From a virus (Duplodnaviria > Caudoviricetes), in IMG/VR virus record IMGVR_UViG_3300022752_000013: a stretch of 64,000 bases of DNA; one strand, 5' to 3'. Under the pieces are notes generated by a model. The model was not told where the DNA came from. It did not search any database and was given only the letters and a program-made list of their open reading frames with translations. Both the position numbers and the translations under genes were made by a program. Below are positions 1 to 9,207 of this stretch, one piece after another. Each line of letters begins with the position of its first letter. The first letter of the stretch is position 1.

Positions 1-197
1 GATTGCTCTGCAGTTATCCAAGCGTCCATAAAATCATGAGCATCTTTATACTTGCCAACTTTAGGATAGAATGTTAATGATTTAAACACGATTTGATCGT
101 CGGCACTGTCACCTCTTTTGTATACAGCACCGGATTCTCTACCGCTGAGTCCGCGGCTTTCTGCAATTGAGTCTAGTAGGTTGATTAAATCTCGCAT
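1..197 (-). CDS. Late protein, runs off window start; N-terminus MRDLINLLDSIAE (putative virion-internal protein)
   Basis: Hand-translated, open from ATG 197 (or 200) to base 1; TAAGTA immediately upstream on minus strand; absent from ORF track. Confidence 0.7.
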   Translation of the reverse strand, partial: MRDLINLLDSIAESRGLSGRESGAVYKRGDSADDQIVFKSLTFYPKVGKYKDAHDFMDAWITAEQ

Positions 198-201
198 CAT
201 G

Positions 202-222
202 TACTTATCTCCGCGATAAGTA
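202..222. promoter_or_regulatory. Back-to-back late promoters (TAAGTA on both strands) forming inverted repeat TACTTATC-N5-GATAAGTA
   Basis: TACTTA 202-207 and TAAGTA 217-222, each a few nt from a divergent ATG. Confidence 0.6.
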
Positions 223-229
223 AACCACA

Positions 230-1237
230 ATGAATATCACAATACCCATAGAAGTCAGCGGAGATATATGGTACAACGAAGTTGAAGTGCAACAAAAATT
301 AAAAGAGTTATCCAGCGACGTCGAAATTACACTAGATTTACGCAGTGAAGGTCCTAGTCTACATCGTTTAGGCGTTGTTGCTATGGTTGATGCCTGGCTT
401 GCTAGACACAATTTGCTACCAACTGCAATCACTGTTACTAAATGGAGTAATGCCGGCGAATCTATTGCTTATAAAAAATTCCAGTGTAGTGTGCCCAGTC
501 ATTTTTGGTACTTTGCACGAGAATATCAACTGCAGCCAGAACAAGATTTTGGTGGCATAAAATCACACTTGTTTGGATTGTTCTTGGGCCGAGCAACAGT
601 GCACCGTAATGCAATTTTGTATCAGGTGCAACAACAATGGGACAATAGATTTTTGATCAGTAGATTAACAGCACTCACACCCGAAGGTACTCCAGTGCCT
701 GAACCTTGGCACATACGCAATTTCAAAGGTTGGTGCTTGCCAGAAACTCTAGCAGATTGGGCACCAGACAATCAACAAGACGTCATTGATTGGTTTGCCA
801 CACAAAAATTCTCAAGCCTAGACGGTAGAACTATTCGAGATCAATATGGAGATCCAGACAACCACTTTGTACATAATCGCAGTATGATAAGTCATTATCA
901 CCGATTCAATATAGAACTTGTGTGTGAAAGTTACACGCTGGGTCAAACATTTTTCCCTACGGAAAAAACAGCAAGGCCTATTGCAGGAACACGGCCTTGG
1001 ATCATCTATGGAGCATCAGGTTACATTCAACGGTTGAAACACATGGGCTTTTGTAGTTTTGATTCTGTATGGGACGAATCTTATGATCAACTGGAAGGAC
1101 CTGCTAGATGGTTGGCCATGAAAATAGTGATTCAGTCGCTGATTGATCTGGATGCCACAAAACTAAATTCTGTGCTGGAACAAGCCCATGCAATTGCATT
1201 GCACAATAGATTACATCTAGAAACATTATACCCATGA
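230..1237 (+). CDS. GT10/fucosyltransferase-like glycosyltransferase
   Basis: C-terminal NIELVCES...FFPTEKTARPI...PWIIYG resembles the GT10 ENS...TEK...P motif. Confidence 0.5.
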   Translation: MNITIPIEVSGDIWYNEVEVQQKLKELSSDVEITLDLRSEGPSLHRLGVVAMVDAWLARHNLLPTAITVTKWSNAGESIAYKKFQCSVPSHFWYFAREYQLQPEQDFGGIKSHLFGLFLGRATVHRNAILYQVQQQWDNRFLISRLTALTPEGTPVPEPWHIRNFKGWCLPETLADWAPDNQQDVIDWFATQKFSSLDGRTIRDQYGDPDNHFVHNRSMISHYHRFNIELVCESYTLGQTFFPTEKTARPIAGTRPWIIYGASGYIQRLKHMGFCSFDSVWDESYDQLEGPARWLAMKIVIQSLIDLDATKLNSVLEQAHAIALHNRLHLETLYP

Positions 1238-2223
1238 TAATTACGACATTTGATCAAGGCTGGGGACGTGAATACCCGCTCAAACAGTACGAGCAAGGTA
1301 TTGTGAGTGATCTTGTGAAACCGTTTGTTAAGAGTGATCAACGTGTGGTCATAATCAACAGCGTGTGGTACACTGGGGAAATGCACGAACAAGTGATGTT
1401 GTGGTTGCGTGAGAATGAGTGGGATCAGATTGTGTTGATTGCCATGTTGGATGCTGCCATACCCTATCCTGACCGCTATGAGGAATTTGGTCGTCCGGTC
1501 ACCGGTATAGGTTACTATCCGGGCGCAGGTCAAGTGGATTTTTGTGCATTATTTGTTGATCACTTTTTACAGGCCCCTGATAACACTGTATTGTTGGAGG
1601 TCAACACAATTGACACTGCATACATGTGTTTGAATCGAAAACCTCACTGGCACAGACAAAAACTATACAGCAAACTACAGGCCATGAATCTGGTCAATCA
1701 AGGCATTGTGAGCATGGGCGGCGACGGGCAGGCTGTAGTAGCATTGGCACAAGATCGAGATCACGACACCCTGGCACCCAATGCCACTAGCGATCATTAT
1801 GGTATACCCAACGATATTGTGAGTTTGGGACACCCGGGTAATTGGCAACGACACCTGCTCAATGTGGTCACTGAAACCTTTTACAACATAAATAGTTCAG
1901 GCTTTGTAAGTGAAAAAATCTACAAACCCATTGTGGGTTGCAGACCGTTTTTGGTATATGACCCAGATGGTGGCACACGTTGGTTGCGTGATCGAGGGTT
2001 TGAACCTTACACACAGGACTTTGAGGACATTTCGAATTTGGATCTGGCAGAACCACACAACCTACCCGGATTTCTAAAGGTTCTGTGTGAGCAAACACCT
2101 GCGTACTGGCAAAAGAAATTTGTTGACTTACAGGAAAAAATCCTATACAATCAGGCTCACTTTGCTGATTACGTCAAACAGCAACAATCTATAGTCGAAA
2201 AAGGAATACCATGCCCCATTTAG
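1234..2223 (+). CDS. GT10-like glycosyltransferase, paralog of 230-1237
   Basis: LNVVTETF...[19 protein letters not shown]; ATGA overlap with upstream gene. Confidence 0.5.
   Translation: MIITTFDQGWGREYPLKQYEQGIVSDLVKPFVKSDQRVVIINSVWYTGEMHEQVMLWLRENEWDQIVLIAMLDAAIPYPDRYEEFGRPVTGIGYYPGAGQVDFCALFVDHFLQAPDNTVLLEVNTIDTAYMCLNRKPHWHRQKLYSKLQAMNLVNQGIVSMGGDGQAVVALAQDRDHDTLAPNATSDHYGIPNDIVSLGHPGNWQRHLLNVVTETFYNINSSGFVSEKIYKPIVGCRPFLVYDPDGGTRWLRDRGFEPYTQDFEDISNLDLAEPHNLPGFLKVLCEQTPAYWQKKFVDLQEKILYNQAHFADYVKQQQSIVEKGIPCPI
2123..2151 (+). promoter_or_regulatory. sigma70-type promoter for clpP, embedded in upstream gene
   Basis: TTGACT-17-TACAAT. Confidence 0.6.
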
Positions 2224-2807
2224 TGCCAATTGTGCTTGAACAAACTGCCAAAGGCGAGCGCAGTTACGATATCTACAGTCGTCTATTAAAAGACCGTGTG
2301 ATCATGCTGGACACAGAAGTGAGCGAACACACAGCCAGTCTGCTGGTAGCACAAATGCTGTTTTTGGAAAGTGATAACCCTGATAAAGATATTTCCTTGT
2401 ATATTAATTCGCCAGGTGGAAGTGTAACAGCGGGCATGGCCATTTATGATACCATGCAGTTTATTCGCTGTGATGTACAAACTATCGTAATGGGACAGGC
2501 CTGCTCCATGGGGTCGTTGTTGGCCACAGCAGGAGCCGCAGGCAAACGTATGATCCTGCCCAATGCCCGACACATGATTCACCAGCCATCAGGTGGTGCT
2601 TCAGGACAAGCCACAGACATCCAAATTCAAGCACGTGAAATTCAAAAGATGAAAGAGTATCTTACCAACATCTATGTCAAACACAACACAGCAGGCAAAG
2701 ACTACGATGTACTGAGTGCAGACATGGAACGTGATTTCTTCATGAGTGCCCAAGAAGCAGTGGACTATGGTTTAGCAGATCGAATCATCAATCAACGTGA
2801 CCAATAA
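2211..2807 (+). CDS. clpP: ATP-dependent Clp protease proteolytic subunit
   Basis: [29 protein letters not shown] (Ser), MIHQPSGG (His), MERDFFM (Asp). Confidence 0.97.
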   Translation: MPHLVPIVLEQTAKGERSYDIYSRLLKDRVIMLDTEVSEHTASLLVAQMLFLESDNPDKDISLYINSPGGSVTAGMAIYDTMQFIRCDVQTIVMGQACSMGSLLATAGAAGKRMILPNARHMIHQPSGGASGQATDIQIQAREIQKMKEYLTNIYVKHNTAGKDYDVLSADMERDFFMSAQEAVDYGLADRIINQRDQ

Positions 2808-4077
2808 TTTAAAAAACAATTTTTGTCCCAGCCCGTGGTTCCATATGAGAATCAACAATGCCGGGCATTATGAATACTGTCGTTGGGCGGCAACAGATCA
2901 ACGCTATTCTGCTGACAATATCTACAACATAACACCAGTTGAGTTTTTTCAACAACGCATGACCAGTGTTAGACAAGAGTTAGCAACAGGTAATTCACCT
3001 CCTGGTTGTGCAAAATGCACACAGATGGAACGTCACAACAAAATCAGCGGACGACAAAAACAACTGCTCAAAGCAGGTGTTAGACTTGAACATTTTGAAA
3101 AGACTCTAGCATCATCGCCGTGGTTGACAGAATTTGCCCAAGGTGGCGAGACAACACAAATGCCCCAGGATTGGCAAATAGATCTTGGCAACTATTGCAA
3201 CGGTGCCTGTGTATTTTGTAGCCCACATTCAAGTTCGCGCCTGGCGTCGGAGTTTAAAAAGATCGGCATCATCAATGATCTACCACCTGCAAACTGGACC
3301 GACGATCCTGTGCGGGTTCAACAGTTGGTTGATACCTTGATCTCAAGTTCACACATACAATACTTGCATTTCATTGGTGGTGAAACACTGATAACTCCCG
3401 CATTCAAAACCATACTTGAGGCTCTGATTCAAGCCGGCTTGAATCGCACGGCCACAATTGGGTTTACTACTAATCTAGGCGTATGGCGCGATGATGTGGT
3501 TGAACTGTTGACCCAATTCCAGGGAGTGAATCTTGGCATGAGTGTGGAGAGTTTTAAGATTGTGAATGACTATGTGCGTTATCCTGTGTGTTTGCCCACT
3601 GTGTTTGAAAGTATGGAACGTTGGTTAGAAATAAGTCAGCAACAAGATTGGTTAGTGCAGTTTAGAACCACGCCCACAGCACTCACAGTTGGTCACATGC
3701 TAGGAGTATATGAATATGCCTGGCACCACAACATTGCTGTGGAAAGTTGTAATTTTTTAAACAAGCCTGAGTGTTTGCGCCCATCAGTTCTGCCTCTGGA
3801 ATACAGACAACGCATTGTGTCCGACCTTGAAGCCTGGATAGACCAGCATCCGGTTGGCAGCGATGTGGTAGTAAACATTCGTGATCCAAATGTAGCCCAA
3901 CAACAAATTGTACAGGATCTACAGAGTTATGTGAATTATCTCAAGGCCGAATCGGATGAAAGTTGGCGTCTGCCAGACCTAGTTGAGTATTTGAAAAGAC
4001 TGGAAGCCAATCGTGGCAACTCAATTGTAACTTATTTGCCTGAATATGAAGAACTTTTTACAACTGCTGGATACTGA
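2797..4077 (+). CDS. Radical SAM protein with N-terminal SPASM/twitch-like Cys domain
   Basis: CNGACVFC (CxxxCxxC), FIGGETL, FTTN, N-terminal CPSPW...YC...CAKC. Confidence 0.88.
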   Translation: MTNNLKNNFCPSPWFHMRINNAGHYEYCRWAATDQRYSADNIYNITPVEFFQQRMTSVRQELATGNSPPGCAKCTQMERHNKISGRQKQLLKAGVRLEHFEKTLASSPWLTEFAQGGETTQMPQDWQIDLGNYCNGACVFCSPHSSSRLASEFKKIGIINDLPPANWTDDPVRVQQLVDTLISSSHIQYLHFIGGETLITPAFKTILEALIQAGLNRTATIGFTTNLGVWRDDVVELLTQFQGVNLGMSVESFKIVNDYVRYPVCLPTVFESMERWLEISQQQDWLVQFRTTPTALTVGHMLGVYEYAWHHNIAVESCNFLNKPECLRPSVLPLEYRQRIVSDLEAWIDQHPVGSDVVVNIRDPNVAQQQIVQDLQSYVNYLKAESDESWRLPDLVEYLKRLEANRGNSIVTYLPEYEELFTTAGY

Positions 4078-4294
4078 ACTATTGCTGACCGTGGTTGATA
4101 ATCACAGTCAATCAACTGTGAGTTTGCATGACCACTTGGAGTTTGATGCTGATCATGTGGTAACAATTGATGGCATTGATGTGTTGCCAAGATATTGGCA
4201 TTTGGCTCAGAATGGAGTGTTAACCATTTCAGAACCGTTTTATTGCTGGTATCACCGAGTGTCAGGGCAAGGTTGGTTGCTGACCCCACACTAG
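4046..4294 (+). CDS. Hypothetical protein
   Basis: 82-aa ORF continuing the operon. Confidence 0.6.
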   Translation: MKNFLQLLDTELLLTVVDNHSQSTVSLHDHLEFDADHVVTIDGIDVLPRYWHLAQNGVLTISEPFYCWYHRVSGQGWLLTPH

Positions 4295-4353
4295 GGGTGA
4301 ACTTCCCAACCTTCATGTGCCCAACGACACAGCATCAATAGATCTGCAATCAT
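4291..4353 (-). CDS. 20-aa micro-ORF MIADLLMLCRWAHEGWEVHP
   Basis: ATGA overlap with the stop of 4350-4469. Confidence 0.35.
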   Translation of the reverse strand: MIADLLMLCRWAHEGWEVHP

Positions 4354-4469
4354 TTTGCGTACATGGCCTTGGCTTCGTTTATTTTACCTGCTCTGGCCAA
4401 CACGCTGGCTGCACGGGCTTCGCCCATGGATTCAAGAAAATTCCAAACTGAGTTAAAAAATTGTTTCAT
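4350..4469 (-). CDS. 39-aa small protein MKQFFNSVWNFLESMGEARAASVLARAGKINEAKAMYAK
   Basis: ATGA-coupled to 4466-4636; amphipathic helical pattern. Confidence 0.6.
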   Translation of the reverse strand: MKQFFNSVWNFLESMGEARAASVLARAGKINEAKAMYAK

Positions 4470-4636
4470 GCAAAATTCCTATCTGATTGTTTGTCGTACT
4501 GACGTTGCCAGTATTCTACGTCTGCTTCGCTGGCAATGCATTTGGTGCTCAAATACTGTTCCAAGCGAGATTGGTAATTTTGCTTGGGGAACATCTCAGC
4601 AAGACGTTCTATTAATTGAATAAACATTTGTGACAT
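4466..4636 (-). CDS. 56-aa small protein, DUF3563-like
   Basis: MSQMFIQLIERLAEMFPKQNYQSRLEQYLSTKCIASEADVEYWQRQYD; AAGGAG RBS; TAAATA at 4657-4662 (minus). Confidence 0.7.
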   Translation of the reverse strand: MSQMFIQLIERLAEMFPKQNYQSRLEQYLSTKCIASEADVEYWQRQYDKQSDRNFA

Positions 4637-4660
4637 TTATTTTTCTCCTTCTCAGTATTT

Positions 4661-4679
4661 ACCACGAGTCTCTCGTGGT
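4661..4679. repeat. 8-bp inverted repeat ACCACGAG-N3-CTCGTGGT between divergent promoters
   Basis: Perfect arms read directly from sequence. Confidence 0.75.
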
Positions 4680-4694
4680 TTATACTAATATAAT

Positions 4695-4756
4695 CAAGAT
4701 TAGTACTCAAGTACTAATCTTGGGAGTTTGACTTGAAATACCCAAAGTGCTATAAT
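4695..4756 (+). promoter_or_regulatory. 13-bp perfect palindrome followed by sigma70 promoter
   Basis: CAAGATTAGTACT-CA-AGTACTAATCTTG, then TTGACT(4728)-17-TATAAT(4751) with TGn extension. Confidence 0.85.
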
Positions 4757-4781
4757 GTACACATGATTAACCTTTTGGAGC

Positions 4782-6005
4782 ATGATTGTGCCAAAAATTT
4801 GTTGTTTATTAATGTGTCTAGCACTTGTGGCCTGTGGGGGCGGGGGTGGTGGCGGAAGCAGTGGGACTCCTGCAAGTTCTGCATCTATTGCCGTGAAAAT
4901 AATCAATCAAGGCACTGCAATACATAACAACAAGGTCAAAAACTATGCGGTGGGAGATTTAAACAACGATGGACTTGATGATGTGGTAATTGGGGGGTGG
5001 TCAGGATCTGGGACCTCGTATCTTGCAATTATGATACAAAACTCCAACGGAACGTTAACAGAGCGCACCACAGAACTATTAGGCAGCAACTCTTACCCGG
5101 GCAGTGGTCACATTTTTATTTGGGATTTTGACCACGATGGCCATGCGGATATATGGCTACCGGGTGCTGATGATTTTGTTAGTTCTTCTAACAGTCTAAT
5201 GTTGTGGGGTAGCGCCGCCGGAACTTTTAGTAAACAAACCTTCAGTGAATCCATGTCTAGTGCCGGTGCCTGTTTATTTGATCTCAACAACGACGGCAAC
5301 ATGGACATGCTGGTTCGAGGAACCTACAATCGAAATACAAATACATACGGATATTACTTGAATCAGGGCAATAGAACTTTTACATTTGTTGCTGATCAAT
5401 ATGTAAATGGTGCCAGTGCATGTGCAGTGATACGTGATTCTACCACTGGGCATCTGGCCGCGATGCAAGGTGGCAACAGCCAAGGTGCCACTGCGGACGC
5501 CATTAGCATTGTTGATGCAAATCTTGGGTTGATCAAACTGATACCCGTTCCCAGACAAGACAATGCCATGGCCGGAATGATTGGGGTTGTGACAGCAGAT
5601 GTTAATGAAGACGGACTGTTGGATTTTATAACTCTATATGAGGCCTCTAGTGCAGGATTACCAGGACGCAAAGAAGTTTGGTTAAATCAAGGATCAGACA
5701 ATTTTTCCTATGCCTACGCTTTGGATACTGCCTATAACAGCAATGGAGATATTGTTAATTTTGTTTATCAAGGTATACAATATTACTTCTTTAATGGGCC
5801 CAATGGGGATGCTACATTTTACCAACTGGCCAATGGCGTTTTAAATCTTTATCAACGTGATACTTTTTTGAGCATGGCTCGATTGTTAGGAGCCAATCCT
5901 GGTGTAAAAGATTGGAGCGTGTTTTCTGCTACTGTATATCGTGGCAGTGAGGGGATTTATATACTTCAGGAGTTGAAATCGATATACTACACACAAAAAC
6001 TTTAA
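4782..6005 (+). CDS. FG-GAP/VCBS-repeat lipoprotein (beta-propeller-like)
   Basis: Lipobox LVAC plus poly-Gly linker; repeats GDLNNDGLDD, DFDHDGHAD, DLNNDGNMD, DVNEDGLLD. Confidence 0.8.
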   Translation: MIVPKICCLLMCLALVACGGGGGGGSSGTPASSASIAVKIINQGTAIHNNKVKNYAVGDLNNDGLDDVVIGGWSGSGTSYLAIMIQNSNGTLTERTTELLGSNSYPGSGHIFIWDFDHDGHADIWLPGADDFVSSSNSLMLWGSAAGTFSKQTFSESMSSAGACLFDLNNDGNMDMLVRGTYNRNTNTYGYYLNQGNRTFTFVADQYVNGASACAVIRDSTTGHLAAMQGGNSQGATADAISIVDANLGLIKLIPVPRQDNAMAGMIGVVTADVNEDGLLDFITLYEASSAGLPGRKEVWLNQGSDNFSYAYALDTAYNSNGDIVNFVYQGIQYYFFNGPNGDATFYQLANGVLNLYQRDTFLSMARLLGANPGVKDWSVFSATVYRGSEGIYILQELKSIYYTQKL

Positions 6006-6015
6006 ATACACTATG

Positions 6016-6044
6016 TTGACCAGGCGTCAAACATGTGCTACAAT
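6016..6044 (+). promoter_or_regulatory. sigma70 promoter
   Basis: TTGACC-17-TACAAT. Confidence 0.7.
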
Positions 6045-6072
6045 ACATTATCGATTTTACAAAGGAGTTGAC

Positions 6073-6297
6073 ATGAACAATTGGGACAAAGGAAATTTGG
6101 ATTTTATCTTGAATTCAACTGATGCGGATATGGAAGATTTCTTATCCTGGGCATCAGATGAAGATTTAAGATATGCGCTAGAATTGATTCAAATAGCCAA
6201 AAACGAATTGGTTATACAAGAAATTGAAATTCTAGATATCAAGGCCGATGAGGATTTTTCACAAGCACAGGCAGTGCTAGAACGATTCCGCTTGTGA
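6073..6297 (+). CDS. Acidic hypothetical protein
   Basis: AAAGGAG RBS before ATG 6073; ends DFSQAQAVLERFRL. Confidence 0.75.
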   Translation: MNNWDKGNLDFILNSTDADMEDFLSWASDEDLRYALELIQIAKNELVIQEIEILDIKADEDFSQAQAVLERFRL

Positions 6298-7367
6298 AAA
6301 TACGACTGATCGGTAAACGCAACAACTTGGGTATTGGCACCCATTTTGCAAACTTTGCAGATGCATTGAAACGTGTGAGTCACTGGGGTGCCTGTGTTGA
6401 AGAGTTTGATTGCGAAGATCCGCAGAGACTACTGGCCGAAGCACGTATCAGTGAACCAGGCGATATCAACATCTGTTTTGTGAGCATACCCTTGCAAGAT
6501 TACTTTAAAGGTACCAACATTCAATGGGTGGTGTTTGAAAGTACCCTAGTACCACCCACCGTGATGAGCACCATGCTCACCGCAGATCAAGTGTGGGTTC
6601 CTAGTGCCTGGGGTCAATCTGTGCTGATTGAAAATGGTCTGGATCCTGCCCGTTGTGAGATAGTGCCGGAAGGGGTGGATACAGATCGATATCATCCTTA
6701 TGCACCCAGAGTCAACAGTCCTATCTTGACCTATTTGATCACAGGCAAATATGAATTGAGAAAAAGCATCATAGAAACTGTGTATGCCTGGCACCAAGAA
6801 TTTGGCAATGATCCTGATGTTGAACTGGTGATCAAGACTGATCATTTCTTCAACAAAGAAGCCAAGTACAATGAACTCACTCAATGGATTGGGGAACTTG
6901 GCTTGACCAATGTGCGTGTGATGTGGGGCTCAGTACCAGCCAATGACATGGCAGATCTTTATCAACAGGCTCATGTGTTTGTGTTGCCCTCCAAAGGTGA
7001 AGGTTGGGGACTTCCGCTAATCGAAGCCGCGGCAGTGGGCCTGCCTATCATCACAACCTGGCACAGTGCTCACACAGAATTCTTGCAACACATACAATCC
7101 AGTGTGATAACAGTGGAATATGACATGGTGCCGGTTGCTTGTCAGGATTATCAGTTGTTCTACCCCACAACAGATGGCAATTGGGGCGAGTGGGCACAAC
7201 CCCGAATTGACAGCATAAGGCAAGCATTAAAAACCAGTCGACAAAGTTATACATATCTACAAAAAAGAGCCAGAGAAAACAGCCACATTATACGCAACAA
7301 CTTTTCCTGGGCACAGGTAGCAGACAGAGCCTTGCAGATACTGCAAAAACACGGGTTGCTAAAGTAA
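6294..7367 (+). CDS. Glycosyltransferase family 4 (GT-B)
   Basis: DQVWVPSAW, VPEGVD, FVLPSKGEGWGLPLIEAAAVGLPII, NFSW. Confidence 0.9.
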   Translation: MKIRLIGKRNNLGIGTHFANFADALKRVSHWGACVEEFDCEDPQRLLAEARISEPGDINICFVSIPLQDYFKGTNIQWVVFESTLVPPTVMSTMLTADQVWVPSAWGQSVLIENGLDPARCEIVPEGVDTDRYHPYAPRVNSPILTYLITGKYELRKSIIETVYAWHQEFGNDPDVELVIKTDHFFNKEAKYNELTQWIGELGLTNVRVMWGSVPANDMADLYQQAHVFVLPSKGEGWGLPLIEAAAVGLPIITTWHSAHTEFLQHIQSSVITVEYDMVPVACQDYQLFYPTTDGNWGEWAQPRIDSIRQALKTSRQSYTYLQKRARENSHIIRNNFSWAQVADRALQILQKHGLLK

Positions 7368-7445
7368 TACTTTAGTACTACTTTTTAAAAGATTGACTCA
7401 AAACCGTACTTTTGCTATAATAATGACATGTTAAGCAAAAAGGAG
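7361..7445 (+). promoter_or_regulatory. Palindrome + sigma70 promoter + conserved leader cassette
   Basis: AAAGTAATACT-TT-AGTACTACTTT; TTGACT(7393)-17-TATAAT(7416); ACATGTTAAGCAAAAAGGAG. Confidence 0.85.
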
Positions 7446-7451
7446 ATCCAA

Positions 7452-7703
7452 ATGCGACATGTAGCCGGGTTTAGTAACAGCACCCGAATTCGTTTTATCG
7501 TCAACGGTTTTGGTATGTACGGTACCATCAATGACATCTACACAAAAACAGCCACAGTCACACATGGTGCCGCTCTGCGCTTGGCAATCCAAAAATTGGC
7601 TTACGATCGCCGTCGCAGTAGTTTCACAGGTGCCGGTCGCCCAGTGGGTGTGGGCATCACGCATGAAGGCATCGACGTACAAATCACTTTAATGGCCAAC
7701 TAA
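7452..7703 (+). CDS. Hypothetical early protein
   Basis: AAGGAG RBS; in-frame upstream ATG at 7428. Confidence 0.75.
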   Translation: MRHVAGFSNSTRIRFIVNGFGMYGTINDIYTKTATVTHGAALRLAIQKLAYDRRRSSFTGAGRPVGVGITHEGIDVQITLMAN

Positions 7704-7719
7704 TCACAAGGAGCATCAT

Positions 7720-7998
7720 ATGAGTTACTATGTCATTTCTAAAGGTTCAGGTCTTATTGTCAACGACGGCCCTGCCAAAACTCGTGCATACAAAACTTTT
7801 GGTGCCGCTATGGCCACCCGCACTCGTCTTTGCCGAAAGTCAGGTTGGAACATCTCCGAACTCAGCATCATTGCCACTAGTCATTACAAACCTAAAATGG
7901 TCACCCGTACAAATTTGATGACTGGCAAGACATTTGAGGAAGATGTCAACACCCCAAATTGTTGCTCACCAGCATCAGAAACTTTTTGGAGCATGTGA
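7720..7998 (+). CDS. Conserved phage hypothetical protein
   Basis: AAGGAG RBS; C-terminal NLMTGKTFEEDVNTPNCCSPASETFWSM. Confidence 0.75.
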   Translation: MSYYVISKGSGLIVNDGPAKTRAYKTFGAAMATRTRLCRKSGWNISELSIIATSHYKPKMVTRTNLMTGKTFEEDVNTPNCCSPASETFWSM

Positions 7999-8120
7999 TG
8001 AGTGAACCTGTTTGGACCATATCCTGGACCCAGAATTATCTCAACTGGGAACCCATTGAATTACCAATCACAGACTTCTCCCAAGCACAAGAAGTCATAG
8101 CAAGGATCATGTCACTATGA
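7998..8120 (+). CDS. 40-aa small protein MSEPVWTISWTQNYLNWEPIELPITDFSQAQEVIARIMSL
   Basis: Fills gap with TGATG and ATGA overlaps; not in ORF track. Confidence 0.65.
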   Translation: MSEPVWTISWTQNYLNWEPIELPITDFSQAQEVIARIMSL

Positions 8121-8464
8121 AATGGTTTGCAGAAACTACTGACTACAAAGATAACACCCCCAACGGTGTGTACTTGCTGGACGATGGCAAGAGCAAGATG
8201 TATGCGTTCAAGCCAAAAGGCACAGGCACTATCAAAGTATTCAAGAATCCCATCCGCATCGATGTGCGTGGGCGTAAGTTTGCCATCAACTCTGTTCAGT
8301 TTAAAACTAAACTAAAAGAAGAACAGCCCGAAGGGCGTGTGATTGAAGTTACAGGCAGTAAAGGCGACGTATACAAGGTTACCGAACTCAATGGCAACTT
8401 GTCTTGCACTTGTTCAGGATTCCGTTTCCGCGGCGACTGCAAGCACGTCAAGAGCGTGGCATGA
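8117..8464 (+). CDS. SWIM zinc-finger protein
   Basis: C-terminal CTCSGFRFRGDCKH (CxC...CxH). Confidence 0.75.
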   Translation: MKWFAETTDYKDNTPNGVYLLDDGKSKMYAFKPKGTGTIKVFKNPIRIDVRGRKFAINSVQFKTKLKEEQPEGRVIEVTGSKGDVYKVTELNGNLSCTCSGFRFRGDCKHVKSVA

Positions 8465-8706
8465 AGTTTGCTTTTAAAAATTCACCCGAGTGGTTTACTA
8501 ACTATGTGACCGAAACTTATGTGGACGAGTTCCACCAACGAGTAAAAGACATCAATTGGGATCAAACAGGTCGTATCGAATTATTAGATGCGGCCGTGAA
8601 ATTCTTTAGTGAAAAAGGCTTTAGGGTTTACTGCTACAATAGAGAACTTTGGTTTGACTTGGACGAAGACCAAGAGACCACAATGCTGGCTCTACAGTGG
8701 TCTTGA
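8461..8706 (+). CDS. Small protein, divergent member of the FxLxW family
   Basis: ATGA-coupled start at 8461; ends FDLDEDQETTMLALQWS. Confidence 0.7.
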   Translation: MKFAFKNSPEWFTNYVTETYVDEFHQRVKDINWDQTGRIELLDAAVKFFSEKGFRVYCYNRELWFDLDEDQETTMLALQWS

Positions 8707-8707
8707 C

Positions 8708-9139
8708 TTACTTGTAAATGTAGTTGATGGTGTCCGAATTTTCGCGATAGACTCCAGCACCATTCTTTAAATGGAAACGTCGGGCCATCTCGGTCTTGGG
8801 ACTTAGTGTAACATAGGTATCAATACCAGGGAATTCTTGCTTGATCGACTTCTGTGTTTCCACAATCAACTCACGCCCAGACCCTGCGGCGTAACTCCAA
8901 ATTGTATAAAATACTGCAACAGTGGCACTTCCAACCAACTCAGCCAAGTCATCCACAGCCGCCGGAATGGCCTGCAAGAATTTGACACAGGTCACTGCTT
9001 GAGTTTGGTCCCCATCCTTCAACATGTAGATTCGACTGTTGGAGTTTATCCGTTTGGTCATGGGGATTTCAGGACGCACAGGGTCATCCTTGATCAGGGT
9101 TTCTAAGTCTTCTGTAATGGTGGTGATGGTGTGTAACAT
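8708..9139 (-). CDS. GNAT-fold protein resembling the malonyl-CoA decarboxylase catalytic core
   Basis: AVFYTIWS...LI...EFP...VTLSP parallels MCD AIFYSIS...LIK...TLSP; TAAATA at 9169-9174 (minus). Confidence 0.5.
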   Translation of the reverse strand: MLHTITTITEDLETLIKDDPVRPEIPMTKRINSNSRIYMLKDGDQTQAVTCVKFLQAIPAAVDDLAELVGSATVAVFYTIWSYAAGSGRELIVETQKSIKQEFPGIDTYVTLSPKTEMARRFHLKNGAGVYRENSDTINYIYK

Positions 9140-9207
9140 AATCTACGCCGTTAATGTTTATGTAAAGGTATTTATCACAACCTTTGTTACATTAAAATTA
9201 CAGAGTG

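Noticed and set aside
4702-4715. AGTACTCAAGTACT matches the cyanobacterial LexA box pattern RGTAC-N3-DGTWC
   Set aside because: Other copies have TAATACT arms that break that consensus, and host-like genes look proteobacterial; treated as a phage operator
4733-4927. ORF-track 64-aa protein overlapping the lipoprotein start
   Set aside because: Begins inside the promoter and reads the poly-Gly codons out of frame; at most an upstream regulatory ORF from ATG 4763
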